A stretch of DNA of 45,616 nucleotides from a virus. Both the position numbers and the translations under genes were made by a program. Every line of letters starts with the position of its first letter. Within the stretch, counting starts at the first letter, position 1. The stretch lies in the IMG/VR virus record IMGVR_UViG_3300005056_000006. One strand, given 5' to 3'. Below the pieces are notes generated by a model. The model made no database searches and was not told where the DNA came from. It saw only the letters and a program-made list of their open reading frames with translations. Shown here piece by piece: positions 24,003 to 33,077 of this stretch.

Positions 24003-24479
24003 TTACACGTTAAATAAATAAACTTTATTATTCTTTATGTTGCTTATACAGTCTAAATGCACCCAACTAATTGGCTTACCATTCATGGTATTCTCTAACC
24101 TTATCTTGTAAGGTAGTTTTTTATGAATACCGTTTAAATATTGCCTCACTTCTACTGCTGTCATTCCTTTAACATCGAAATCTACTGCACAGCCTAAAAC
24201 ATGACCGCTTAAATAGATTCTCATACGCTTAACCATCTTAAGAACTATATAGCCCATATTAGAACGTAAACCTCTTTGCCTGAACTTACCGCCCCATTTC
24301 CAGTTGTTAATCGTTATAGACTTATCTAAGTCCTCTCTTATGATAAGCATTGTGTGAAGTAGGCGTATTGATAAGAATTGCCAAGCGTTTTCACCGTGTT
24401 TTTTGTACACCTTTTCGCTGACAAATTCTTGAATACAGAAGTATTTTTTAATGCCTTGTAATATTTCTTCATCTTTCAT
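24003..24479 (-). CDS. Endolysin, peptidase M15 (VanY/YcbK-like zinc peptidase)
   Basis: LSGHVLGCAVDFD (SxHxxGxAxD) and WVHLD metal-ligand motifs. Confidence 0.7.
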   Translation of the reverse strand: MKDEEILQGIKKYFCIQEFVSEKVYKKHGENAWQFLSIRLLHTMLIIREDLDKSITINNWKWGGKFRQRGLRSNMGYIVLKMVKRMRIYLSGHVLGCAVDFDVKGMTAVEVRQYLNGIHKKLPYKIRLENTMNGKPISWVHLDCISNIKNNKVYLFNV

Positions 24480-24853
24480 GCTCTTAGTTTTTTTATTTCA
24501 GCGTCTTTATTAGCCAATTCAACAGATTGGTCAGATATAACTTTCACCTTCTCTTCAATTATAATATCTTTCTTTCTGTCGCTCTCTTCCCATAACAAAA
24601 TCTCTCTCTTATGGTTTGCTCTCTCCAACTCCATTTTATTAATAAATTCATCTAACTTATCTTCAAGTCTTTTGATTTCTGAAAGCAATTTCTTATCTCG
24701 CTTTTCGTGTATCTCTTCCCAATTTAAAACAATCTCTGCTTCCTGCTTTGTTTTTCCAAGCCATTTCGTAATTAATGCTTTCGCAAGCCATCCACCACCT
24801 ACTAAAGAAGCCCCTTTTGCTATGGCTATAAGTTCTGGTATCATTTCCTCCAC
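24476..24853 (-). CDS. Lysis-cluster protein with an N-terminal hydrophobic segment plus coiled coil (i-spanin-like architecture)
   Basis: IPELIAIAKGASLVGGGWLAKALI followed by a long K/E heptad region. Confidence 0.35.
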   Translation of the reverse strand: MEEMIPELIAIAKGASLVGGGWLAKALITKWLGKTKQEAEIVLNWEEIHEKRDKKLLSEIKRLEDKLDEFINKMELERANHKREILLWEESDRKKDIIIEEKVKVISDQSVELANKDAEIKKLRA

Positions 24854-25230
24854 TTTTTAATACTTTTTTCTAATGATAAATAAACAGTCTCTACACGTTT
24901 TTTTATAAACTCCCATGATTTTTTAAATTCATCTTCAAATAATACGTACAATAAACCAATAAGAGCCAATACCATTTCAATTTTCTTAAACTCTCCAGAA
25001 CAAAAAATATTATTAAATACTTCTCCTATAATTACAAAAAGCAAAAATTGTGTTGCTATATTCTTGTCAACCCTATATAAAATATAAGAAATCAAAGATA
25101 CAAATATTGACATACCTATAAAATAGAAGTATTTTCTCGGATCACCACCTTTTTCAAGCAATTCCTGACCATAGTAAATACTTAGATATAATACAACCGC
25201 TATTTTAGTAAGCGTTTTTAGCACGGCCAT
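24841..25230 (-). CDS. Multi-pass membrane protein (holin candidate)
   Basis: 129 aa with about four hydrophobic helices and a basic C-terminus. Confidence 0.45.
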   Translation of the reverse strand: MAVLKTLTKIAVVLYLSIYYGQELLEKGGDPRKYFYFIGMSIFVSLISYILYRVDKNIATQFLLFVIIGEVFNNIFCSGEFKKIEMVLALIGLLYVLFEDEFKKSWEFIKKRVETVYLSLEKSIKKWRK

Positions 25231-25460
25231 CCGCTTAATTGACTACTATCATTTAAAAAAGGTGTAATAGCACTATCAATTTCAGACTGTGATAATAATG
25301 CAACTGCACTTTCTGTATCTTGTGCTACTGCCCTATCTGCATTGCTTATCATTTGCTGTTCTGTGTTGTGTATCTTACCCTTAGTTGATTGTAAATTAAA
25401 CTCAACTTCTTGTGCTGCTGTAAAGCCGTTAATGTTACTTATTATTTTTGAATTTGTCAT
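25218..25460 (-). CDS. Hypothetical protein
   Basis: 80-aa tracked ORF. Confidence 0.5.
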   Translation of the reverse strand: MTNSKIISNINGFTAAQEVEFNLQSTKGKIHNTEQQMISNADRAVAQDTESAVALLSQSEIDSAITPFLNDSSQLSGWPC

Positions 25461-25481
25461 AGTATTATATTTTAATTATTA

Positions 25482-25721
25482 TTAAGTCCATTCTGGTTTT
25501 CTTATCTCATCTAAAACCTGCTCTCTAGTTAATGCTGTATATTCCGAAAGCTCTTCAACGTCAATTAAGCCGTCTTTAGTTTTCATAACAAACTTGGTTT
25601 CATTATTATTTTTTGTTTCGCTTCCTAGTGATTGTACTACATCTTCTCTATCTAACAGATACAATAATCCTATTTCAAGTATGTAATATTGATTTGCTGC
25701 TTCTTGTATTAAATCTATCAT
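25482..25721 (-). CDS. Hypothetical protein
   Basis: 79-aa tracked ORF. Confidence 0.5.
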   Translation of the reverse strand: MIDLIQEAANQYYILEIGLLYLLDREDVVQSLGSETKNNNETKFVMKTKDGLIDVEELSEYTALTREQVLDEIRKPEWT

Positions 25722-25722
25722 A

Positions 25723-26475
25723 TTAATAAGTTGTTACTGTTGTTAAATCTGCTTCCTCCATGTTAGAACTTTCCGCGGTTACACTGTTACTAATATCAAT
25801 TATCGTGTGTTTTACACCGTCCCAAGTTGAGTTATCTGGGTTGTGAAACCATTTACAATCCACACCAAATAAAGCTTGTGGGTCTTTAGGTTTTCCGCCC
25901 TTAAAATAATCAGTTCTTTCGGATAGTGTTAAAACTCTGTTAACAAGTGATATCGCACCAATATATCCTGCAAACATAAGAGCCGCAGAGCTATATCTAG
26001 CTATATAAAACAATGAAGTTGGAGAGCCAATTAAAACGTCTGCCGCATCCGCTGTTTTGGTAGCGAGAACATTATTAATGTACATTTCAACTCTATTACC
26101 TAAAGTTAACGAATAATCGTAAGTGACCATTATAGTATACCATAAGCCTGTAGTGAAAGCATCTGAAAAAATAATCGTTTTAGATACTGTTCCGTTGTGG
26201 AAATTCAACACCATTTTATTAGAACTATCTATTCTGTAAAAAAGCCCTCCGTCACTACCAAATAAAGCGTTAAACTGTAAGTTGTCCGTTTTCATAAACG
26301 TAAAAGTATGAGTAAACCTCTTATTGCTCCCAGTTATTACGTTTTCAAGGTCAGCTTTAGGAATGCTCATATATTCATCAACCCCATCGTGTAAAAACGA
26401 GTGAGCTATTGAAAATGCAGATATTCCTCCTCCTCTCTTAGCAGATAGTGGTGATATGTTTTTTAAAACATTCAT
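25723..26475 (-). CDS. LamG/concanavalin-like jelly-roll tail-associated protein
   Basis: GLWYTIMVTYD...VEMYINNVL pattern. Located in the tail fibre region. Confidence 0.4.
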   Translation of the reverse strand: MNVLKNISPLSAKRGGGISAFSIAHSFLHDGVDEYMSIPKADLENVITGSNKRFTHTFTFMKTDNLQFNALFGSDGGLFYRIDSSNKMVLNFHNGTVSKTIIFSDAFTTGLWYTIMVTYDYSLTLGNRVEMYINNVLATKTADAADVLIGSPTSLFYIARYSSAALMFAGYIGAISLVNRVLTLSERTDYFKGGKPKDPQALFGVDCKWFHNPDNSTWDGVKHTIIDISNSVTAESSNMEEADLTTVTTY

Positions 26476-26750
26476 TTTAATGGTGCTAATAAACCGATTT
26501 CAATACTTCCACTTGTTAACTGAACTTTAGTCCAATGTTTACCATACTTACAAGTCTTTACAGTTGGTTTTACAGCATTTGCAGGCGTAGAAATACTATT
26601 CGCTAAATCATTAACCGTATTTAATTCTAATACTGCAAAAACAGTATCCTCATTTACTTGAATTGAATTAAAATCTATTGTGTGTACCGATGTGTCGTTT
26701 ATTGTGAATGTGCCTCCTGCACCCTCCATTCTATCTGTATTTGTTTGCAT
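26472..26750 (-). CDS. Hypothetical tail-region protein
   Basis: 92-aa tracked ORF with a 4-nt overlap. Confidence 0.5.
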   Translation of the reverse strand: MQTNTDRMEGAGGTFTINDTSVHTIDFNSIQVNEDTVFAVLELNTVNDLANSISTPANAVKPTVKTCKYGKHWTKVQLTSGSIEIGLLAPLK

Positions 26751-26760
26751 AATTATTATT

Positions 26761-27780
26761 TTATAAAGTTATTATTCTGTATGTAATGTAAAATATTGCC
26801 GTACCATCTCCTACGGTAGAGTCATTATCAATATGAATCATAATAGGTTGATTTTCGTAAAGCTGAGAAGACCCTCCTGATAGTTCATGCTCACAAATTA
26901 CAATGGCATCACTAGTCCCTTGTAGTAACACAGGTGTGTTTGAGTCAACAAATTGAGATACACTACCAGAAGTAATTTCAAATTGGGTGGCAATATCATA
27001 AGACACACCTACATGAGTGTAGTTTAGTACAGATGATATTACTTCTATTGCAGTTCCTGCACCTTGTGCAGAAATAGCCTCTATTGGTACTGAATCTCCA
27101 TTTAGTATTTGTGCAGCAGATAAAGATACAGTTACATTTTTAATACCCCCCCCATAATATAACCAGTCTGAACCATCAAAATAAGATGGCTGATTAGCTG
27201 TGATGTCAAATACAATTAAACCTTTAGGTGGTGCAACTATTGCATCACGCTGTACAGTTGTCATCCTTGGAGTCAACATACCTTTTGTCGTGCTTGCTAT
27301 ATCAAGTATTGATTTTGAATTAGGAGTAACAATACCCATTCCAACACCATTAGTATTAACTGTCAAAACATTAGTATTAACTTTAAAAACGCCATCAATG
27401 GCTTCGAGCCATAAACCACCTGCATTTAATAATGCTAAAGCACCACTATCTTCTGAAATATCATAAGCTAAAGAAGCTCTTATAGCGTTAAGAGCTGTCT
27501 TTACTAATAATCCCCCATCATTTGTATCGGTTTTTACGATAACATTACCGTTATCAAAAACTAATTCATTACTATTCATAAAAACAGTTCTATTACCACC
27601 TAGTAAGCCGTCTTGATTGTATAGATTTGATATAGTTAAATTAAGAAAATCTCTTAATTCTTCAATTGTCATTTTTTGAGCCTCAAACAAGTCTGGAGCA
27701 TTCATATTAAGAACATCTAATAAATCAGTTAGATTTATAACTGTTTTTGCTGGATAAAATCTTACTCTTCCGTCTGGCAT
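26761..27780 (-). CDS. Putative tail fibre / receptor-binding protein
   Basis: 339 aa, G/T/N/V-rich beta-type sequence, distal end of the tail module. Confidence 0.45.
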   Translation of the reverse strand: MPDGRVRFYPAKTVINLTDLLDVLNMNAPDLFEAQKMTIEELRDFLNLTISNLYNQDGLLGGNRTVFMNSNELVFDNGNVIVKTDTNDGGLLVKTALNAIRASLAYDISEDSGALALLNAGGLWLEAIDGVFKVNTNVLTVNTNGVGMGIVTPNSKSILDIASTTKGMLTPRMTTVQRDAIVAPPKGLIVFDITANQPSYFDGSDWLYYGGGIKNVTVSLSAAQILNGDSVPIEAISAQGAGTAIEVISSVLNYTHVGVSYDIATQFEITSGSVSQFVDSNTPVLLQGTSDAIVICEHELSGGSSQLYENQPIMIHIDNDSTVGDGTAIFYITYRIITL

Positions 27781-27782
27781 AA

Positions 27783-28709
27783 TTAAAAGTTTCGTTTAAT
27801 ATTGTTTTCTTTTCTGGCTGTAAATTTAATGTTATAAATTGAATTTTTGTTATTTTCTAGCTGTGTTTTTTCAAAATCAACAGGATAAACTTCTATTCTT
27901 CTATATAATGCTTCTGCTAAAATCTTGTAATCTGTTATTTTTATACTATTCGATAAAGAAATATTCTTAGTTAAATTAGCCGTAACAACTCTAGGCAACA
28001 TTTTAGTTCTCAATTCATAATTCTCTATAACCTTATCTTGAATCTGTCTCCATTCGCTAAATGTAGTCTTGTATTTTTTAATTATCAACTCCTCAACATT
28101 CTCGATAAAATCCCCTTTAATCCTAAAACTTGAATACAATTCTAGCCCATCATGGTCGATTAAATTTCCATTAACTGTACCGTTCTGTATTATTTCCAAT
28201 CTTACCGTCTTATTCGCTGCCTTTTCGCTGTAAAATTGTAAGTTATAATTCACACTTTCAAAAAGAGTCGCAACCCCTATTATAGTGTTGGTAGATTTAA
28301 TTTGATAGCTTCCATTTCCAAAAGCTAATATGACTAACTTCCAATCTAATAACATGGATACGTATAATTGTTGTTCAACGCTGTTGCCGTTAAAAAATCC
28401 ATTCGTAAAAGTGCCGTATGTGTTGTTATTTAATAAAGTAACTGAAATGCCATCCTTAAACAACTCCATTGCAATCGAATCTGAACTAACAAATCTTTTA
28501 AAGGTAAATCTTGTTAAGTCATTTTTCCACCAATCAGTTGTATTTGAGCCAAAAACACACTCATTATAAGGCTTTTCTAATTCGCAAAATTGAATATCTG
28601 GAGTAATTACTAAAGGTATTTCTGGCAATGAAGTTACAGCAATTTTTGTAGCCATTGCGTTTAAACTAAAAAACGGTGCTGAATTTGTTATATTTTTTAT
28701 TAATGTCAT
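27783..28709 (-). CDS. Tail/baseplate protein
   Basis: 308-aa tracked ORF with a 4-nt overlap with the upstream ORF. Confidence 0.5.
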   Translation of the reverse strand: MTLIKNITNSAPFFSLNAMATKIAVTSLPEIPLVITPDIQFCELEKPYNECVFGSNTTDWWKNDLTRFTFKRFVSSDSIAMELFKDGISVTLLNNNTYGTFTNGFFNGNSVEQQLYVSMLLDWKLVILAFGNGSYQIKSTNTIIGVATLFESVNYNLQFYSEKAANKTVRLEIIQNGTVNGNLIDHDGLELYSSFRIKGDFIENVEELIIKKYKTTFSEWRQIQDKVIENYELRTKMLPRVVTANLTKNISLSNSIKITDYKILAEALYRRIEVYPVDFEKTQLENNKNSIYNIKFTARKENNIKRNF

Positions 28710-31129
28710 TCTAATATTTTATTAGTTCCATCTTCTAATATTTTAGGCGTGCCATCTTCTAATACTTTATTAGTTCCTCCCTCTGGTGGCGTTCCGCTTT
28801 GTGCAGGGTTTCCAATTTCTCCAGAAAAATTATAGTCAATGCCTGCTGTTATTTGATTTCCATCTATAACGCCCTCTGTAACCAAGTTGCCACTAACCAA
28901 AGATAAAGATAATTGTTGACCATCATTAAATATATTGTTAGTAGGAGGCGGATCTACGCTACTCAACTCGTGTAGTTGCTTTCCTGTCTGCTCTGATATT
29001 TCAATTCTATGAATGCCCCAAAAAGAAGATATATCCGTTAAAGGAGTTTTAAAAGTCCAAGTAATCCTAAATAAAGTATCTGAGCCTGTTAATGGTTGAC
29101 CGTTTAAAGGTGTCATTGTCGCATTATCGAACAACTCTATAACTTGTGTGAAGTCAGGCACTATATTTCCGTCTTTATCATAATCATAAATAGTAAAATC
29201 GGGGGTCAAAAATAAATAATCAGTATCTCCAGATTGTCCTAATGTGTTTACACCTGTTAAATTAAATGCGAATATCATTTTTATAGCATAGCCATTTATT
29301 AAAGAGTAATTACTAGTCTTTAAATTTTGGTTGTTGTTAGGTTTTGAAACGTCTACAAAAGAACTGTCAACGTCTGGATTAGCAACCCAATCCTCCCAAC
29401 TAAACTTAATAGCGTTGGTAAAATCATAAACTCCTAAAGTTTCTCCAGTTAATGTTATTCCGTTTTTTTCACTACCTGCAATTAATGGATAGTTTCTTGA
29501 ATCTACAGAGTTAAATACTTGTATTCCATTTGATATTAAAGAGCCTAATTGATAACTGTAACTATCTAATTCAAAATATGAATTTTTACTTGAATTGTAA
29601 GCAACTAATAAAACATCAAAGCTATTTAGAAAAGCATTTTTTGAATGGTCTAAAGTAAAAGTTCCTTTAATACCTAACCCGTGTTCGTTCCATCCGTTCA
29701 CTTGTGTAAATCCTAAAGAGGTGCTAAAATCTTCTGTATGTGGGTAAAATCTAGTATCAAGAGTTATTAAACCGTCAATATCTGCACTAATATCAAACAC
29801 TCCATCAACACGAAGCATAACGGCATCAGAATTGGCAGCAGAAATAGAACTATCTCCAACTTCTAAGCCAAATATAAACTGGCTTTCGTCTGTTAGTCTT
29901 AGTTTTTGAATAGTAGTTAAAGAAGTTTCAAAATCAATTGTTATAGTAGAGCCACTATCTACAACTTGTAAATTATTAAGTAATCCAGAACCTGCGACCA
30001 AACCATCGTTAGCAGTTGCGAAAATATTATCATACATAAAATTCACTTCAAAATCAGTAGATGTATTTTCAACTTCCGCTTGAAATCTAGGTAAGTAACT
30101 AAAGTAAACGCCTATATTATCATTATTTGTAAACGATCCTAAAATCTTATTTACAACAATAGTCACTTTAGTAGTTCCATTCAATAATACACCGTCAGAG
30201 CTATTCAATGCCGTATCTGTGTATGTTACAGTACTCACTTGATAATTACTATCTAACCCGTTAAATGCTTCGTTAAAATCACCTACAGAACCTTTAATAT
30301 TATCAACCTCAAAAGGTTTACTAGTGTTCGGGTCTGATATTACCGTTCTAAAATCTCCACCAAATACATATTTAAAAGAGTTAGACCCTAATAAATCATC
30401 AAGAGGAGTGTTTACGTCCGTTCCTGCATTATAATAAGGAACTATAAATTCGTGCGTTATCTCAAATAACTGCTCTTCAACTTCACTACCAAAACCTTGA
30501 TATTGAACACTTGCAGAACCATTTTTCCAACTGTTAGGAATACCCAAAGCTTCCATTTGAACGGGAACATTTATATCTCTTGGCATATTCGCCCCTATTT
30601 CATCTAATGAATAAAACTCTTGATTTTCATTTGTTACGCTTGAAATATTTGTAAAAGTATCTCCATTTTCTGGCGTTCCATATTTATAAAAAAGAGATGT
30701 TAAAGGAGTTGTTCCGTATATTATACTATTTGAATTAGTTGTTGTAGCAGAAGGGAAAAGCGGTGAAGCAGCAGCCGTAAATGTCATTAAATCATTATCT
30801 ACATAAGCAATAGTTGCTGTATGAGTTGATAATATTAACCCAGATGAATCTCTTCTATGAAAAATAATAGTGTCACCTATCCAAAACCCATCTGTTAAAA
30901 ACTTTCCGTTTGTCCATCTTATTTCTAAACTAGTAGTCTCAAATGCAAATGGAACTCCTAAAGATGATTGAGAAAGCCAACTAACACCAACTTGTTGAAC
31001 AACTCTAAATTTCTGCATAACTAACCCTGCTAAATTGTTAGTAAATTCAGATAGACTCGTGCTAAAAGTAGGGTCATTAACCCATTGCTTATAATACTTC
31101 GCAGTTATACGTCTTACATTAATAGCCAT
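28706..31129 (-). CDS. Large tail tip/baseplate protein with a C-terminal octapeptide repeat
   Basis: 807 aa. Position downstream of the tape measure and distal tail ORF. Confidence 0.55.
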   Translation of the reverse strand: MAINVRRITAKYYKQWVNDPTFSTSLSEFTNNLAGLVMQKFRVVQQVGVSWLSQSSLGVPFAFETTSLEIRWTNGKFLTDGFWIGDTIIFHRRDSSGLILSTHTATIAYVDNDLMTFTAAASPLFPSATTTNSNSIIYGTTPLTSLFYKYGTPENGDTFTNISSVTNENQEFYSLDEIGANMPRDINVPVQMEALGIPNSWKNGSASVQYQGFGSEVEEQLFEITHEFIVPYYNAGTDVNTPLDDLLGSNSFKYVFGGDFRTVISDPNTSKPFEVDNIKGSVGDFNEAFNGLDSNYQVSTVTYTDTALNSSDGVLLNGTTKVTIVVNKILGSFTNNDNIGVYFSYLPRFQAEVENTSTDFEVNFMYDNIFATANDGLVAGSGLLNNLQVVDSGSTITIDFETSLTTIQKLRLTDESQFIFGLEVGDSSISAANSDAVMLRVDGVFDISADIDGLITLDTRFYPHTEDFSTSLGFTQVNGWNEHGLGIKGTFTLDHSKNAFLNSFDVLLVAYNSSKNSYFELDSYSYQLGSLISNGIQVFNSVDSRNYPLIAGSEKNGITLTGETLGVYDFTNAIKFSWEDWVANPDVDSSFVDVSKPNNNQNLKTSNYSLINGYAIKMIFAFNLTGVNTLGQSGDTDYLFLTPDFTIYDYDKDGNIVPDFTQVIELFDNATMTPLNGQPLTGSDTLFRITWTFKTPLTDISSFWGIHRIEISEQTGKQLHELSSVDPPPTNNIFNDGQQLSLSLVSGNLVTEGVIDGNQITAGIDYNFSGEIGNPAQSGTPPEGGTNKVLEDGTPKILEDGTNKILE
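28709..28780. repeat. 3 x 24-bp tandem repeat encoding (L/V/I)LEDGTxK octapeptides at the C-terminus of the 807-aa tail protein
   Basis: Units at 28709..28732, 28733..28756 and 28757..28780. Confidence 0.85.
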
Positions 31130-31153
31130 GTATATTTTTTATATAGATAAATA

Positions 31154-31345
31154 CTACATCCATTTTTTAAACCTATTAATAACGTCATCATATGTCAAAC
31201 CACCCTTCTTAACCTCTCCAACTATTGCCAATATTTCAGCTTGTTTCTCGTTATCGAACCCCTTAATCAAGTTGGACATTTCACTTTCCACTTCTGGCAA
31301 CTTTTTTTTCATATTATTAGTTAATTCTTCAACTAGTTTCAACAT
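31154..31345 (-). CDS. Hypothetical small protein
   Basis: 63-aa tracked ORF. Confidence 0.4.
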   Translation of the reverse strand: MLKLVEELTNNMKKKLPEVESEMSNLIKGFDNEKQAEILAIVGEVKKGGLTYDDVINRFKKWM

Positions 31346-33077
31346 AAGTTTCTATTAAGTTAGGTGCAAATATACGTTTTTTTTCAAATATCACTTTAGA
31401 TGAATCGCTTAAAATATTCCATTCCGTTTCCAAAAACTTTGCATCTGCACCATCAAATGTTTTAAAAAAAGAATTGTTTGAAGTTTTCAGGAACTCGTTA
31501 ATCCCAAAAGGAACATTATCTAAATCAAATAAATCTTTTTGTCCTCCAAAATTGTTTAGAACAAAAGAGTCGTAATTGATATATTTTTCGTATAAGAATT
31601 TAGCACTTAGTCTATCCCTTTGATCTGTTGGTATTCCTCCGCCCTCTACTATAACTACTTTCGCCTTAGTAAAGTTATTCTCTCCAACTTTCAAAACTCC
31701 AACCCTATTTTTTACCTTTTGTTTAAAACTAGTTCCTCCTCCAAAAACTCCTGTTACTCCATCAATTATTCCACCTAATGTTTTTAAAGTCCTCTCTACA
31801 GCGTTTAGCTCGTTTTTTCTATTTCCTAAAGCTAATCTAAAATCTAAAGTCTCATGCTTTTTTATAAAGTTATCATCTTTTCCCTGCTGTATGTTAGGGT
31901 CTTCAACTAATATTTGATAATTAGTTCCTTTGAAATTTGACAACGTGTATTCGTCCATTATCGGGTCTGTCTCAAATCTTAATAGTTTACTAAATACTAA
32001 GTCTTTAGCATTGTTTGCGAAGCTCTCAACCTCTATGTCTGGCATCTTGTATGTGCTTTGCTTTTTCCAAAAAGGGTCGTTCTTAGACCTCATAACTAAC
32101 TTATTACCGTCTATTACTAATTTTGCGTTAAACTCATCTAGCATTATCGTTACATACTCCAAGCCTGTAAACCCAAAATCGTTAGTGTCTGGATGTCCGA
32201 AAGCAGTTCCTTTAGGAGTAGAAATTTTACCTACCTTTAAATCAATTTCATCAATTTTTGTGTTAGATGGTAAGTAATAATAAGTGTCTAATTCTGTTAT
32301 AGGGCTTTCAAAAGTATATCCTAAATGATTCGAAAGTATTTCCATACCCTCTCTGAATTGCATTGTCTTGTGTGTTCTAACTGGTGGTAGTAGTAGCTCG
32401 AACAACTTTTTGCCCATATCAATTATTGCTATCAATACAATAGCCATATAAAGAATTTGTAGAACGATAGATAGTGTTGCGTAAATTATTTGTCCAACCA
32501 TCGAAACAGCACCAACACCAACAGCAGGGATAACACTTGTGGTCGCTTTGTTTATAGTATCTGTTAGTCTGTCTACTATTGATATAAGCTCTCTAACCAT
32601 AACGTAAAGAGTTATAGTCATTATAATAATATCTAAAGCATTATTAGACTTTTCAACTACATAATTTAGATTAGTATAGTTAGACTGTTTTACTATTCCT
32701 TTGGCATCTAACATGCTCCAAGTTATAGAAGCTAACCTATCATTTAAAGAGTTTAAACTACTCTTCTTTACTATTCCCACATTTATAGTCCCATCATTAT
32801 TTTTAATGTGCTTCTTTGGTAGGTTAATATATCCATCAAAAACATTAACTGAATTTAAAACTCCTATTCTAATAGGTAATCCCTTGTAATAAAGACCGTT
32901 TGCGATGTGTGTATTTACAATATCAACACCTTTTCCAAATATGGTTAAATCATCTATACTTAAAGATGGTTGTACATTGTCGTTTACGAAATCGGATTTA
33001 ACATCAATATCAAATGCTTCAAGTGGAAAATCTACGCTTACACCTCCAATCTGAACCTCTAAAGTTGTTTTTCTCAT
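31329..33077 (-). CDS. Distal tail-position protein with an internal hydrophobic block
   Basis: 582 aa with a 4-nt overlap with the tape measure. Residues about 147-221 are strongly hydrophobic. Confidence 0.55.
   Translation of the reverse strand: MRKTTLEVQIGGVSVDFPLEAFDIDVKSDFVNDNVQPSLSIDDLTIFGKGVDIVNTHIANGLYYKGLPIRIGVLNSVNVFDGYINLPKKHIKNNDGTINVGIVKKSSLNSLNDRLASITWSMLDAKGIVKQSNYTNLNYVVEKSNNALDIIIMTITLYVMVRELISIVDRLTDTINKATTSVIPAVGVGAVSMVGQIIYATLSIVLQILYMAIVLIAIIDMGKKLFELLLPPVRTHKTMQFREGMEILSNHLGYTFESPITELDTYYYLPSNTKIDEIDLKVGKISTPKGTAFGHPDTNDFGFTGLEYVTIMLDEFNAKLVIDGNKLVMRSKNDPFWKKQSTYKMPDIEVESFANNAKDLVFSKLLRFETDPIMDEYTLSNFKGTNYQILVEDPNIQQGKDDNFIKKHETLDFRLALGNRKNELNAVERTLKTLGGIIDGVTGVFGGGTSFKQKVKNRVGVLKVGENNFTKAKVVIVEGGGIPTDQRDRLSAKFLYEKYINYDSFVLNNFGGQKDLFDLDNVPFGINEFLKTSNNSFFKTFDGADAKFLETEWNILSDSSKVIFEKKRIFAPNLIETYVETS

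Noticed and set aside
25723-27780. Diversity-generating retroelement targeting the LamG-like or fibre genes
   Set aside because: There is no reverse transcriptase ORF anywhere, and I noticed no template/variable repeat pair (near-identical 100-bp copies).
7128-31358. Remaining plus-strand tracked ORFs: 7128..7316, 7816..8004, 8630..8911, 9870..10208, 10299..10487, 10728..10940, 13081..13308, 16541..16729, 24672..24860, 27200..27466, 28330..28569, 31128..31358, 31930..32277, 32701..32889, 36473..36658, 37612..37839, 39684..39923, 43944..44135 and 45393..45602
   Set aside because: Each is fully or largely antisense to a better-supported minus-strand gene. The only plus-strand coding I accept is the cassette at 23389..23690, which lies in a gap free of minus-strand ORFs.
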